47,754 nt of DNA from Candidatus Latescibacterota bacterium (GTDB lineage Bacteria; Hydrothermota; Tepidihabitantia; Tepidihabitantales; CAIPLT01): assembly GCA_018335915.1 (NCBI GenBank), contig JAGXRL010000158.1, positions 1 through 47,754 on the forward strand, read 5' to 3'. The notes under the pieces are model-generated. The model made no database searches. It was not told the DNA's origin and was given only the letters and a program-made list of their open reading frames with translations. Below, one piece after another: positions 34,669 to 42,803 of the stretch. Made by a program: the position numbers and the translations under genes. How positions within the stretch are numbered: position 1 is the stretch's first letter; each line of letters opens with the position of its first letter.

Positions 34669-35001
34669 TTATGATAAACCTTGTTTTATTTTTGGTTTCC
34701 ATAAAAATTGCCTAAAGTTAATTTTATCCTTGTCATCAAAAGCCACGTCTTCTTTGAGCAGTAATTTTTTCTGTTCCTTATATCCTTCGCCGGTTAAACC
34801 GATTTTCCCCTGACTATTAATTACCCGGTGCCAGGGAAGTTTGTGTAATCCGGATTGTGCGCTTAATATCCAGACCACCTGTCTTGCCGCAAATCGATTG
34901 CCAGCCAAATCCGCAATCTGGCCATAGGTCGCAACCTTTCCTCTGGGGATATTTTTGATAAAATTTATAACTTTTTGAGTAAATGATTCGATCGTTAAAT
35001 C
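34669..35001 (-). CDS. Alkyltransferase-like protein (ATL; MGMT DNA-binding domain with PWHRV instead of PCHRV), with no canonical start codon
   Basis: The reading frame SFTQKVINFIKNIPRGKVATYGQIADLAGNRFAARQV...LPWHRVINSQGKIGL is collinear with E. coli YbaZ/Atl. The conserved domain begins directly after the TAG at 35002-35004. The first ATG/GTG/TTG in frame is the TTG at 34908, which is already inside the domain. Confidence 0.7.
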   Translation of the reverse strand, partial: DLTIESFTQKVINFIKNIPRGKVATYGQIADLAGNRFAARQVVWILSAQSGLHKLPWHRVINSQGKIGLTGEGYKEQKKLLLKEDVAFDDKDKINFRQFLWKPKIKQGLS

Positions 35002-35367
35002 CTATTTTGCGTTCGGGTCGTCCTGCATTATTCCAAATGCGTTACCATCCGGACTTTGAAAAGCGGCATACCAACCAACACCTGGAATCGGACCTTTGGG
35101 TTGAGTTATTTTTCCGCCATGGGCTTCAATCATTTTTATCGTATCATCCAATGATTCGACATCAATAGTATTAACCACCGCAGTTGATGGTTCACCCTTG
35201 GAAAGTCCACCATTAATTCCTGGTTTATTATCTGGGCCGGTTGTTATCAGCCAGTATTCAAACGGCCCGCCCCAGTTATTAAATTTCCAATCAAAGACTT
35301 TGGTAAAAAACTCCATTGTCTTTTCTGGTTCTTTTGAAGATATATCAAAATGCGCGATTCTTGGCAT
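35002..35367 (-). CDS. VOC (glyoxalase/bleomycin-resistance/dioxygenase) family protein
   Basis: 121 aa reading IAHFDISSKEPEKTMEFFTKVFDWKF...GGKITQPKGPIPGVGWYAAFQSPDGNAFGIMQ. It ends at a TAG that is in frame with the downstream ATL domain. Confidence 0.85.
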   Translation of the reverse strand: MPRIAHFDISSKEPEKTMEFFTKVFDWKFNNWGGPFEYWLITTGPDNKPGINGGLSKGEPSTAVVNTIDVESLDDTIKMIEAHGGKITQPKGPIPGVGWYAAFQSPDGNAFGIMQDDPNAK

Positions 35368-35429
35368 TGTTTATCCTTTCTTTTATTATGAATTATGATA
35401 AGTAAATCAATAATAAAATCCATATTTAA

Positions 35430-36305
35430 CTATTTACTTTTAGGTATCTGATATTTCTTAAACCACTCAAATCCGAATTGCTCGAAAAGCTTAAGAAGCT
35501 TTTCATTCTGTTTCGGCATTTCATTGGCAACATAATGTAAGCCAAAATATCGCTGCGACCATGATATATAACCTTGCTTTTTAATTCTGGCAAGGCATTT
35601 CTGGGCAAATTTATCTCCGCCAATATCCTTGCAGACTTTTTCAATCATCTTAAGCCGTTCCCGGTTTATCTCAATTTTCATTCCTGGATATTTTTGGTTA
35701 AACGCACCAAGCAATTTCTTATCGCTCAATTCAATATATTTCTCATTATGAACCACGGTATCAATTCCAAGTTTATTACGCGAAACCAATTTGCTTTTCG
35801 GATAACCAAGACAAAGTAATACTACCGGCATTACACCATTTGGCAACCGAAACATTCGCTTAAGCATCGGGAAAAACTCCATAACCGTGCCAATATATAC
35901 TGAACCTAATCCAAATGAGTCTGCCGCAGTGCAAATACTTTGCGCGGTTATCATTGTATCCTGAAATGATATCCAGAAATGTCTGAAAGCACTAGTGGCA
36001 GCGAATGGTGCGGTTTCCAGCTTTGCCCATCTTTTCAGCCGGTGCCAGTCAATACAGAATAAAAGACTAACTGGTGCATCAGCAATAAAGCCCTGACCGG
36101 CAAGTTTGGCAATTTTTTTCCTATTTGTTAGCTTTGTTATCCTGATAATCGAATATGGTTGAAGATTACCGCCGGTTGCGGCATGAACTCCGGCGTTCAG
36201 AATATATGACATAACAACAGCTGGAATCTTCTTATTCTGAAAACTCCGGCAACTTGCCCGTTCTAATAATAATTTTACAGTTTGATTCGGATATTTAATT
36301 GTCAT
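35430..36305 (-). CDS. Nitroreductase family protein with a C-terminal extension
   Basis: 291 aa with the N-terminal motif LLERASCRSFQNKKIP and a GGNLQPY motif. The last ~100 aa lie beyond the usual nitroreductase fold. Confidence 0.8.
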   Translation of the reverse strand: MTIKYPNQTVKLLLERASCRSFQNKKIPAVVMSYILNAGVHAATGGNLQPYSIIRITKLTNRKKIAKLAGQGFIADAPVSLLFCIDWHRLKRWAKLETAPFAATSAFRHFWISFQDTMITAQSICTAADSFGLGSVYIGTVMEFFPMLKRMFRLPNGVMPVVLLCLGYPKSKLVSRNKLGIDTVVHNEKYIELSDKKLLGAFNQKYPGMKIEINRERLKMIEKVCKDIGGDKFAQKCLARIKKQGYISWSQRYFGLHYVANEMPKQNEKLLKLFEQFGFEWFKKYQIPKSK

Positions 36306-36306
36306 A

Positions 36307-37017
36307 TTAGGGCATAAGTTCCATAGTCATGCTTGCCTGAATATCGAAATATTTTACCATTCGTTTGGCATCTGCTTTTTCATACCAGACATCAATCATG
36401 CGACCGACAACCGTGATTGTATATTTATGACAGTCAAATTCTCCGGCCGGGCCGGTTATCTTCTCTTCGCCAAGCGACTTTATTTTAACCGGGACAGTTG
36501 TGCCGCTAAATCCAATCACAACATTTATCTCTTTTTCTTCATCCGGTTTTAATTCAAGCGCACGTAAGATTGTCGTTACCTGGTCATTATCATAGGTGTT
36601 GATATTAATCGGAACATCAATTGCTTTGTCACCCTGCGGTAGTTTTGCTTTAACAGATGCCTTGGTTTTACCATAGGCAATATCAGCATTTAAGGTCATG
36701 CCATTGGTCAAGATGGTTTTTGATGACGATATCGGTTTTAAGTTGTCCTGCCGTAAAACGATAACCGTTGAATCGCGCGAGACACTGCCGGCATGTGTGA
36801 TTTCAGTGATTGATTGTAATTCGATTATTGGCTCAGGTTCTTGAACTGGTTTGTAAATCAACCAATAAGAACCGGCAATGGCAGTATCAATTAATATCTG
36901 ATATTTGTTGGTTTCATCCCAGATGCTCGGCAATAACTTAAGAGCGGGCATTTCTTTTTTAGGACAACTGACCGCGGTTAGCAATATTGCTAATACAAGG
37001 ATTAAACTGCGTTTCAT
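36307..37017 (-). CDS. Lipoprotein, hypothetical
   Basis: 236 aa with a signal peptide and lipobox-like LTAVSC. The rest looks beta-rich. It starts by overlapping the upstream gene (ATGA) and ends 1 nt before the nitroreductase gene start. Confidence 0.6.
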   Translation of the reverse strand: MKRSLILVLAILLTAVSCPKKEMPALKLLPSIWDETNKYQILIDTAIAGSYWLIYKPVQEPEPIIELQSITEITHAGSVSRDSTVIVLRQDNLKPISSSKTILTNGMTLNADIAYGKTKASVKAKLPQGDKAIDVPININTYDNDQVTTILRALELKPDEEKEINVVIGFSGTTVPVKIKSLGEEKITGPAGEFDCHKYTITVVGRMIDVWYEKADAKRMVKYFDIQASMTMELMP

Positions 37018-37823
37018 TTATCCCCCTTTTTTTCTGTTATTTCTTGATTTAACATTGTTGTTTTACTTGCCCGATAAGCAATAAATAAAATAAGATAACC
37101 GATGACAAGTAAAATCGGCAATGTTATGGTGTAGATGTTCGCGCTGACAAACTTACTTAACCAAAGTTTTGGATAATACATCATGACGATAATAAGCCCG
37201 TCGACCAATTCATGATATAACATGCCGATGACAAAAAAGACAACAAGCCAAGCGCGTTTGGCAAGTCCATGCCAGTGATAAACACCCAAGCCAACCAAGG
37301 CGCCGATTATGGCATGTAATTGTATAGCATAAGCGCGTTCCCAGAGTGCATACCAGGTTGTAAAATACATAAATAGATTAATGCCAAAAATCCGATTGAG
37401 CACCGGAACACAACCAATGATTGATAAAGTAATTGCTTCACCAACGCCATAACAGAGCCCGACCCAATATCCGAAAACAGTTGCACTGCTTTTACGGGTA
37501 AATATTGCCTTGCCTCTTTCACGGGCAATTGCGATAAAGACGATGATTGTTAGTAATTTTGCCAGGGTTTCCCAGAAATTATTATCCATCTGGACCACGC
37601 CTAAAACAAACCAGAACTTGTTATAAGCCATTACCATTGCCTTTTCCCAATGTTTGCGAAATAAAAATGCCGGGAAAAAGACAAAGGCAATAACCCCGGT
37701 TATTGACCAAAGCCAAGCCGGGATTTCGTCTAAAAGCGCTTTTTTTCTAAAGATTAGATAATATATAGTCGGTACAATAATGCCGATACCAATGAATAAA
37801 ACGAGTGCGGGCAATGTTTTCAA
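37014..37823 (-). CDS. Polytopic membrane protein, hypothetical (possibly YhfC-type intramembrane metalloprotease-like)
   Basis: 269 aa with about 8 TM helices. Conserved-looking polar residues lie within the helices (GVGEAI, WERAYAIQLHAI, YHELVDG). The family assignment is tentative and from memory. Confidence 0.55.
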   Translation of the reverse strand: MKTLPALVLFIGIGIIVPTIYYLIFRKKALLDEIPAWLWSITGVIAFVFFPAFLFRKHWEKAMVMAYNKFWFVLGVVQMDNNFWETLAKLLTIIVFIAIARERGKAIFTRKSSATVFGYWVGLCYGVGEAITLSIIGCVPVLNRIFGINLFMYFTTWYALWERAYAIQLHAIIGALVGLGVYHWHGLAKRAWLVVFFVIGMLYHELVDGLIIVMMYYPKLWLSKFVSANIYTITLPILLVIGYLILFIAYRASKTTMLNQEITEKKGDK

Positions 37824-37838
37824 ATTTATCTTACGGCG

Positions 37839-38318
37839 TTATTCTTTATCTGCCCATTCCTTTAATTTGCGTTTGATTTTTTCTTCGACTTTGTTACCGA
37901 TTTCTTCCCATTCTTTTTTCTTGGCTTCGTCTTCAGATTCGTCAACCCATGCCTTGACGCCTTCACGGATTTTCTCTTCAACCTTAGGACTAAAGTCTTT
38001 CCATTCGTATTTTATTACTTTTTTACGCCGGCGGGCTTTGAGGCCACCACCGACCGAGATGAACAGACCAAGGATAAACCCAAGATTATAAGTCCAGCCA
38101 TAATTGTTAGCTTCGTAAACCCCGACATTCTTATTAAACAAACTGATGATAAAGGTGATTACGACAATTATGCCGTGCCAGAGCCCAGCCCAGAAGCCGG
38201 CAGGATTAGAGCCTTCGACTTCAGCATTCCATCGCCAATTACCCGGCGCACAATTTAAGGAGATTAATATTGTAATTAGCGCTAATGCTAAGACTATATA
38301 CTTTTTATGTTTTAACAT
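37839..38318 (-). CDS. Small membrane protein with a Lys/Glu-rich C-terminal tail, hypothetical
   Basis: 159 aa with a GGAGG Shine-Dalgarno sequence, a signal/anchor with a Cys (ISLNC), the motif GFWAGLWHG, two or three TM helices, and the charged tail KVEEKIREGVKAWVDESEDEAKKKEWEE. Confidence 0.6.
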   Translation of the reverse strand: MLKHKKYIVLALALITILISLNCAPGNWRWNAEVEGSNPAGFWAGLWHGIIVVITFIISLFNKNVGVYEANNYGWTYNLGFILGLFISVGGGLKARRRKKVIKYEWKDFSPKVEEKIREGVKAWVDESEDEAKKKEWEEIGNKVEEKIKRKLKEWADKE

Positions 38319-38377
38319 AGTGCCTCCAATTTAATAACCACAGGATATCATACAGTTGTGGTTTTAGTTATTACTGC

Positions 38378-38405
38378 ATTATAAGATATTATTTGAAATT
38401 GTCAA
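38378..38405 (-). promoter_or_regulatory. Consensus sigma70 promoter (TTGACA, 16-nt spacer, TATAAT) for the 37839-38318 gene
   Basis: On the minus strand, ttgaca is at 38400-38405 and tataat at 38378-38383. The left arm of the neighbouring REPIN-like doublet begins 16 nt upstream. Confidence 0.6.
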
Positions 38406-38421
38406 TTATAAAGCGTGATGA

Positions 38422-38504
38422 CCCCGCACCTATTCATGATATTGTATGAAAATAAATATTTGAGCCATAGTTTATCTTCGCTGTATTTGAGAATAGGTGC
38501 GGGG
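38422..38504. repeat. REPIN-like inverted doublet of the GC-rich motif (copy 3)
   Basis: ccccgcacctattc (38422-38435), a 55-nt A/T-rich spacer, then gaataggtgcgggg (38491-38504). The arms form a perfect 14-bp inverted repeat. Confidence 0.75.
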
Positions 38505-38771
38505 CTGAGCATAAATCAAGGTTATTGGCAAAAGCGTAATCCCTGATTTTAACAAGATAAACTGCGCTTTTGTAAATATATCGGTGTTTAAATGAGTTTT
38601 GATTACTTGGCTCACAGGTTATTATAAACAATCAGACCAGGCCTGACGACGACCTTAGGAGCCGCTTACCGGTTAAGCGTGTATCTGGTTTTGGCTGAGC
38701 GTGTCATGGCAAACGGCTCACGATGACCATGCCTCAGTATAGTACGGGGTATAAATTCAAAATTATTTGAT

Positions 38772-38810
38772 CGGTGCGGAGTTGACCCACGGCTTCGTCG
38801 AATTGTAAAT
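38772..38810 (+). promoter_or_regulatory. Solo GC-rich motif copy with promoter-like geometry (TTGACC, 17-nt spacer, GTAAAT)
   Basis: cGGTGCGGAGTTGACC lies at 38772-38787, the spacer is cacggcttcgtcgaatt, and gtaaat lies at 38805-38810. The -10 is weak. Confidence 0.35.
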
Positions 38811-38866
38811 TGAAGATTGAAAACTTTAAATTTGCATTTTTCGTTTTAAAATGGAGCGGAGCGACA

Positions 38867-38906
38867 TCGGTGCGGGGTTGACAGCCATTATTTTATTGGT
38901 TATACT
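38867..38906 (+). promoter_or_regulatory. Sigma70-like promoter of gap; its -35 lies inside a solo copy of the GC-rich motif
   Basis: atcGGTGCGGGGTTGACA has its -35 at 38878-38883, followed by a 17-nt spacer and TATACT at 38901-38906. This leaves a leader of about 110 nt before the gap ATG. Confidence 0.6.
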
Positions 38907-39020
38907 GTGAATTGCTACACGATTTGTTTAAAGCAATGAATGTTTGATAAAGTGTTATATTCCTAAGAGATAATATGAAAATGATAAAAGAATATATAAT
39001 AATTAATATTAGGAGGCACA

Positions 39021-40031
39021 ATGGCAATTAAAGTTGCGATTAATGGTTTTGGGCGAATTGGCCGGCTTATTTTAAGAATCGGGCTGAAAAGTAAAAATGT
39101 CGAGTTTGTTGCGGTCAATGACGTTACCGACGCAAAAACCCTTGCTCATCTCTTAAAATACGATTCAGTGCATCGAATCATGTCCGAGAATGTCGAAGCC
39201 TTGGATAACTCTTTTCTGATTAATGGCAAAGAAGTTAAGGTCTTAAATGAAAAAGAACCGGCAAACTTACCCTGGAAAGATCTGGGTGTTGACCTGGTTT
39301 GCGAAGCAACCGGTAAATACACATCATATGAAAAGGCAAAAGCACACCTTGATGCCGGTGCGAAAAAGGTCGTGATTACAGCTCCGGCCAAAGGTGAAAA
39401 GCCGGTCAAATCGATTGTGATGGGCGTTAACGAGTCAATTTATGACGCCAAGACCGACCATATTGTTTCGAATGCGTCCTGCACAACCAACTGTGTGGTT
39501 CCGATTGCCAAGATTCTGCATGAGAATTTTAAGATTAAACGCGGTTATATGACCACGATTCACGCCTACACCGGTGACCAGCGGATTTTAGACGCGCCGC
39601 ACAAAGATTTACGGCGTGCCCGTGCCGCGGCAATGTCAATGATTCCCACTTCAACCGGTGCGGCAAAATTAATCGGCGTGATTTTTCCAGAACTGAAAGG
39701 AAAAATTGACGGCAGCGCGATTCGGGTACCGACTGCGGATGTTTCATTAGTTGATTTGACCTGCGTGGTTGATAAAGATACGAATAAAGACGAAGTTAAT
39801 GCCGCATTTAAGAAGGCATGCTCGGGTCTGATGAAAAAATATGTCCAGTACCAAACTCAGCCGTTAGTTTCAATCGATTTTACAGGCAGTCCATATTCAG
39901 CTATATTTGATTCGTTGCTGACAAGCGTAACTGACAATAATCTGGTCAAGCTTTTTGCCTGGTATGATAATGAATGGGGTTATGCATGCCGAGTAATTGA
40001 CCTGATTGAATATATGGTCAAAAAACAATAA
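39021..40031 (+). CDS. gap: Glyceraldehyde-3-phosphate dehydrogenase (type I)
   Basis: 336 aa with an AGGAGG Shine-Dalgarno sequence, INGFGRIGR, the active site SNASCTTNC and WYDNEWGY. Confidence 0.97.
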   Translation: MAIKVAINGFGRIGRLILRIGLKSKNVEFVAVNDVTDAKTLAHLLKYDSVHRIMSENVEALDNSFLINGKEVKVLNEKEPANLPWKDLGVDLVCEATGKYTSYEKAKAHLDAGAKKVVITAPAKGEKPVKSIVMGVNESIYDAKTDHIVSNASCTTNCVVPIAKILHENFKIKRGYMTTIHAYTGDQRILDAPHKDLRRARAAAMSMIPTSTGAAKLIGVIFPELKGKIDGSAIRVPTADVSLVDLTCVVDKDTNKDEVNAAFKKACSGLMKKYVQYQTQPLVSIDFTGSPYSAIFDSLLTSVTDNNLVKLFAWYDNEWGYACRVIDLIEYMVKKQ

Positions 40032-40038
40032 AAAATAT

Positions 40039-40068
40039 GCCACAGAGACACAGAGCTCACAGAGAAAA
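40039..40068. repeat. Solo half-copy of the CACAGAGA stutter element
   Basis: ccacagagacacagagctcacagagaaaac lies between gap and pgk. No matching right arm is visible. Confidence 0.6.
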
Positions 40069-40092
40069 CCCTAACTTATCTAAGAAAAAACA

Positions 40093-41283
40093 ATGAAGAA
40101 ACTTACAATTCGGGATATTGACATAAGCAATAAGAAAGTGCTGGTGCGGGTTGATTTTAATGTGCCGTTTAGTTCAGACGGAAAGATTGCAGATGACACG
40201 AGAATTCGTGCCGCACTGCCAACAATCGAATATCTGCTTAAACATAATTGTTTGATTGTTTTAATATCTCATCTGGGTAAGCCAAAAGGCAAGATTGAAG
40301 CGAAATATTCTTTACAACCGGTTGCGCAAAGACTGTCTGAGCTGATGAATAAAAATGTGGTGTTTGCGAGTGATTGTATTGGTGCTGACGTCGAAAACAG
40401 TATCAATCAGGCAAAACCTGGTGATATCGTCTTATTAGAAAATCTGCGGTCTCATATTGAAGAGGAAAAGAACGAACCGAATTTTGCTAAAGCGTTGGCA
40501 TCTCTCTCTGAGATTTATGTTAATGATGCGTTTGCAACTGCGCATCGCGCCCACGCTTCGACCGAAAATATTGCCAGGTATTTTACAACGCCGGTTGCAG
40601 GTCTTTTAATGGAAAAAGAGATTGAATATCTGAGTTATGTTGTCGAGCAACCGAAAAGTCCTTTTATTGCGGTAATCGGTGGTGCTAAAATAAAAGACAA
40701 GCTCGGCGTGATAAAAAACCTTTTGCCAAAAGTTGACGCTTTACTCATTGGCGGCGGTTTAATCTATAATTTCTTAAAAGCACAAGGATTGGATATCGGT
40801 AATTCTATTTACCAACCAGAGATGCTTGATCAGGCAAAAGATTTGCTTTCCGAAAGCAAACTTCGCTTGCCGGTTGATGTCATGATAACAGACAAAGTTG
40901 ATGTAAATGGTAACACTAAAATCGTAAAAGCAGACTCAATCGAAAATAACTGGGCTGGCATTGATATCGGGAACGAAACTGTAAAAATATATACTGATAT
41001 TATTAAGACCGCACGAACAGTGGTCTGGGCTGGACCGATCGGTGTTTTTGAAATAGACCGGTTTGCCGCTGGCAGCAAAGCAATCGCTGAAACAATTGCG
41101 GAAACAACTAAAAACGGGGCGACCTCGGTTGTTGGCGGCGGTGATACAGTAGCGTGTCTGGCTAAATTCGGCTTGAAAGATAAAGTCAGTTTTGTCTCGA
41201 CCGGAGGCAGTGCCAGTTTGGAGTTTCTCGAAGGACTGGAATTACCCGGCATAAAAGCATTAAAAGATAAGGAGTTAAAATGA
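40093..41283 (+). CDS. pgk: Phosphoglycerate kinase
   Basis: 396 aa containing VLVRVDFNVP, LISHLGKPKG, NDAFATAHRAHAS and STGGSASLEFLEG. Confidence 0.97.
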   Translation: MKKLTIRDIDISNKKVLVRVDFNVPFSSDGKIADDTRIRAALPTIEYLLKHNCLIVLISHLGKPKGKIEAKYSLQPVAQRLSELMNKNVVFASDCIGADVENSINQAKPGDIVLLENLRSHIEEEKNEPNFAKALASLSEIYVNDAFATAHRAHASTENIARYFTTPVAGLLMEKEIEYLSYVVEQPKSPFIAVIGGAKIKDKLGVIKNLLPKVDALLIGGGLIYNFLKAQGLDIGNSIYQPEMLDQAKDLLSESKLRLPVDVMITDKVDVNGNTKIVKADSIENNWAGIDIGNETVKIYTDIIKTARTVVWAGPIGVFEIDRFAAGSKAIAETIAETTKNGATSVVGGGDTVACLAKFGLKDKVSFVSTGGSASLEFLEGLELPGIKALKDKELK

Positions 41284-42029
41284 GAAGACCGCTTATTGCC
41301 GGCAACTGGAAAATGAACAAAACACCATCTGAGGCAAAAGGATTTGCCCAGGAATTGATTAAGGCATTGCCGGTAAAAACAGATGTTGAAATATTAATCT
41401 GTCCGCCTTATACCGCATTAAGTTTAGTGGCAGATATAGTTAAAAACACTCCAATAAAGCTTGGTGCGCAAAATATGTACTGGGAAGCCAAAGGCGCATT
41501 TACTGGTGAAATCTCAGGTGAGTTTTTAAAAGACATTGGCTGCGAATATGTAATTTTAGGACATTCTGAGCGCCGGCAATACTTTGGCGAAACCGACGAG
41601 ACTGTCAATAAGAAATTACACGCGGCGCTGACAGGAAATTTAAAACCGATTATTTGTATCGGTGAGCGTCTTTCTGAGCGGGAAACAAACCTGACTTTTG
41701 ACGTTATCCAAAAGCAGTTACAGGGTGGCTTTATGAATGTTGGTAATATCGAAAATGTGGTTGTTGCATACGAACCAGTATGGGCGATCGGCACTGGCAA
41801 AACCGCAACACCAGAACAAGCTCAGGAAGTGCATAAATATATCAGAAATTTTATAGTTGATAAATATGATAAAAACACCGCGGATAAGATGCGAATTCTT
41901 TATGGCGGCAGTGTCACGCCGGAAAACATCGCGGTTTTAATGAAACAACCGGATATTGACGGCGCATTGGTGGGTGGAGCAAGTTTAAAACTGGATTCAT
42001 TCTTGCAGTTGACAAAGGCAGGGTCTTGA
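41280..42029 (+). CDS. tpiA: Triosephosphate isomerase
   Basis: 249 aa containing IAGNWKMN, ILGHSERR, AYEPVWAIGTGKTAT and GGASL. It overlaps pgk by 4 nt. Confidence 0.97.
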   Translation: MRRPLIAGNWKMNKTPSEAKGFAQELIKALPVKTDVEILICPPYTALSLVADIVKNTPIKLGAQNMYWEAKGAFTGEISGEFLKDIGCEYVILGHSERRQYFGETDETVNKKLHAALTGNLKPIICIGERLSERETNLTFDVIQKQLQGGFMNVGNIENVVVAYEPVWAIGTGKTATPEQAQEVHKYIRNFIVDKYDKNTADKMRILYGGSVTPENIAVLMKQPDIDGALVGGASLKLDSFLQLTKAGS

Positions 42030-42068
42030 CTTTATGATTAAAGTAAGTTATTATGAAATGGAGAATTT

Positions 42069-42392
42069 ATGTTTGGATTAATAATAGTTTTGCACATCTT
42101 AGTTTGTATTGTGCTCGTGATTGTGGTTTTGTTTCAACAGCCGCGTAAGGGCGGTGTCGCGACCGTTTTTGGCGGCGGCGAGTCGGTTTTTGGCGGGGGC
42201 GGCGCAGCGCCGTTTATGGCAAAACTGACAACCGGTCTGGCTATATTGTTTATGGTTACCTCGCTTGGCTTGGTGCTGATTTCGGCACAAAGAGCAAGAG
42301 GGCCGGCAACGCGGACTCAACAAGAAACGACCGTTCCTCAAGAACAAGCACCGCTGCGGACTCAAGAGATACCGCAATCAGGAGGAGAATAA
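42069..42392 (+). CDS. secG: Preprotein translocase subunit SecG
   Basis: 107 aa with two TM helices flanking a Gly-rich loop (LFQQPRKGG...FGGGG). It is in the conserved position after tpiA. Confidence 0.85.
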   Translation: MFGLIIVLHILVCIVLVIVVLFQQPRKGGVATVFGGGESVFGGGGAAPFMAKLTTGLAILFMVTSLGLVLISAQRARGPATRTQQETTVPQEQAPLRTQEIPQSGGE

Positions 42393-42706
42393 TGTTTGCA
42401 ATCGTGCGCATTAAGGGATTTCAGTTTTTTGCCAAACCCGGCGAAAAAATCACGGTTCCGAAATTAGATTTAGAACCAGAGGCACAAGTAACTTTTGATG
42501 ACGTTTTGTTTGTCAAAACCGAAGATAAAGCATTGATCGGCAACCCAACCGTAAAAGGTGTTTCAGTCGAAGCCAAAGTATTGGCGCATACTCGAGCCCC
42601 AAAGGTTACTACGTTTAAATTTATCCGGCGCGAGAATTACCGCCGGTTAAAAGGACACAAACAGAACTTAACCGAACTGGAGGTCAGTAGAATAAATTTG
42701 TCGTAA
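42392..42706 (+). CDS. rplU: 50S ribosomal protein L21
   Basis: 104 aa reading MFAIVRIKGFQFFAKPGEKITV...KFIRRENYRRLKGHKQNLTEL. Its ATG shares one base with the secG TAA (taATG) and follows a GGAGGAG Shine-Dalgarno sequence. Confidence 0.95.
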   Translation: MFAIVRIKGFQFFAKPGEKITVPKLDLEPEAQVTFDDVLFVKTEDKALIGNPTVKGVSVEAKVLAHTRAPKVTTFKFIRRENYRRLKGHKQNLTELEVSRINLS

Positions 42707-42803
42707 TGAAGGATAATGTGTAAACCACGTGAGCGGGTATAGAATTGAATAAATCAGTCGTTAAAAACTTCAAAAAACAGAAGTATAATTTTGGGGGACA
42801 TCA

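Noticed and set aside
38600-38760. Assignment of the GC-rich core upstream of gap to SRP (4.5S) or 6S RNA
   Set aside because: ACCAGGCC... superficially resembles the SRP helix-8 5' strand, but the GGAA tetraloop and the AGCAGC motif are missing. There is no convincing long closing helix for 6S RNA. I left it as an unclassified candidate.
38975-39031. 18-codon Ile-rich uORF (MKMIKEYIIINIRRHNGN) overlapping the gap Shine-Dalgarno sequence and start
   Set aside because: It has a weak ribosome-binding site and lies in an A/T-rich leader where such ORFs arise by chance. There is no alternative-hairpin architecture typical of attenuators.
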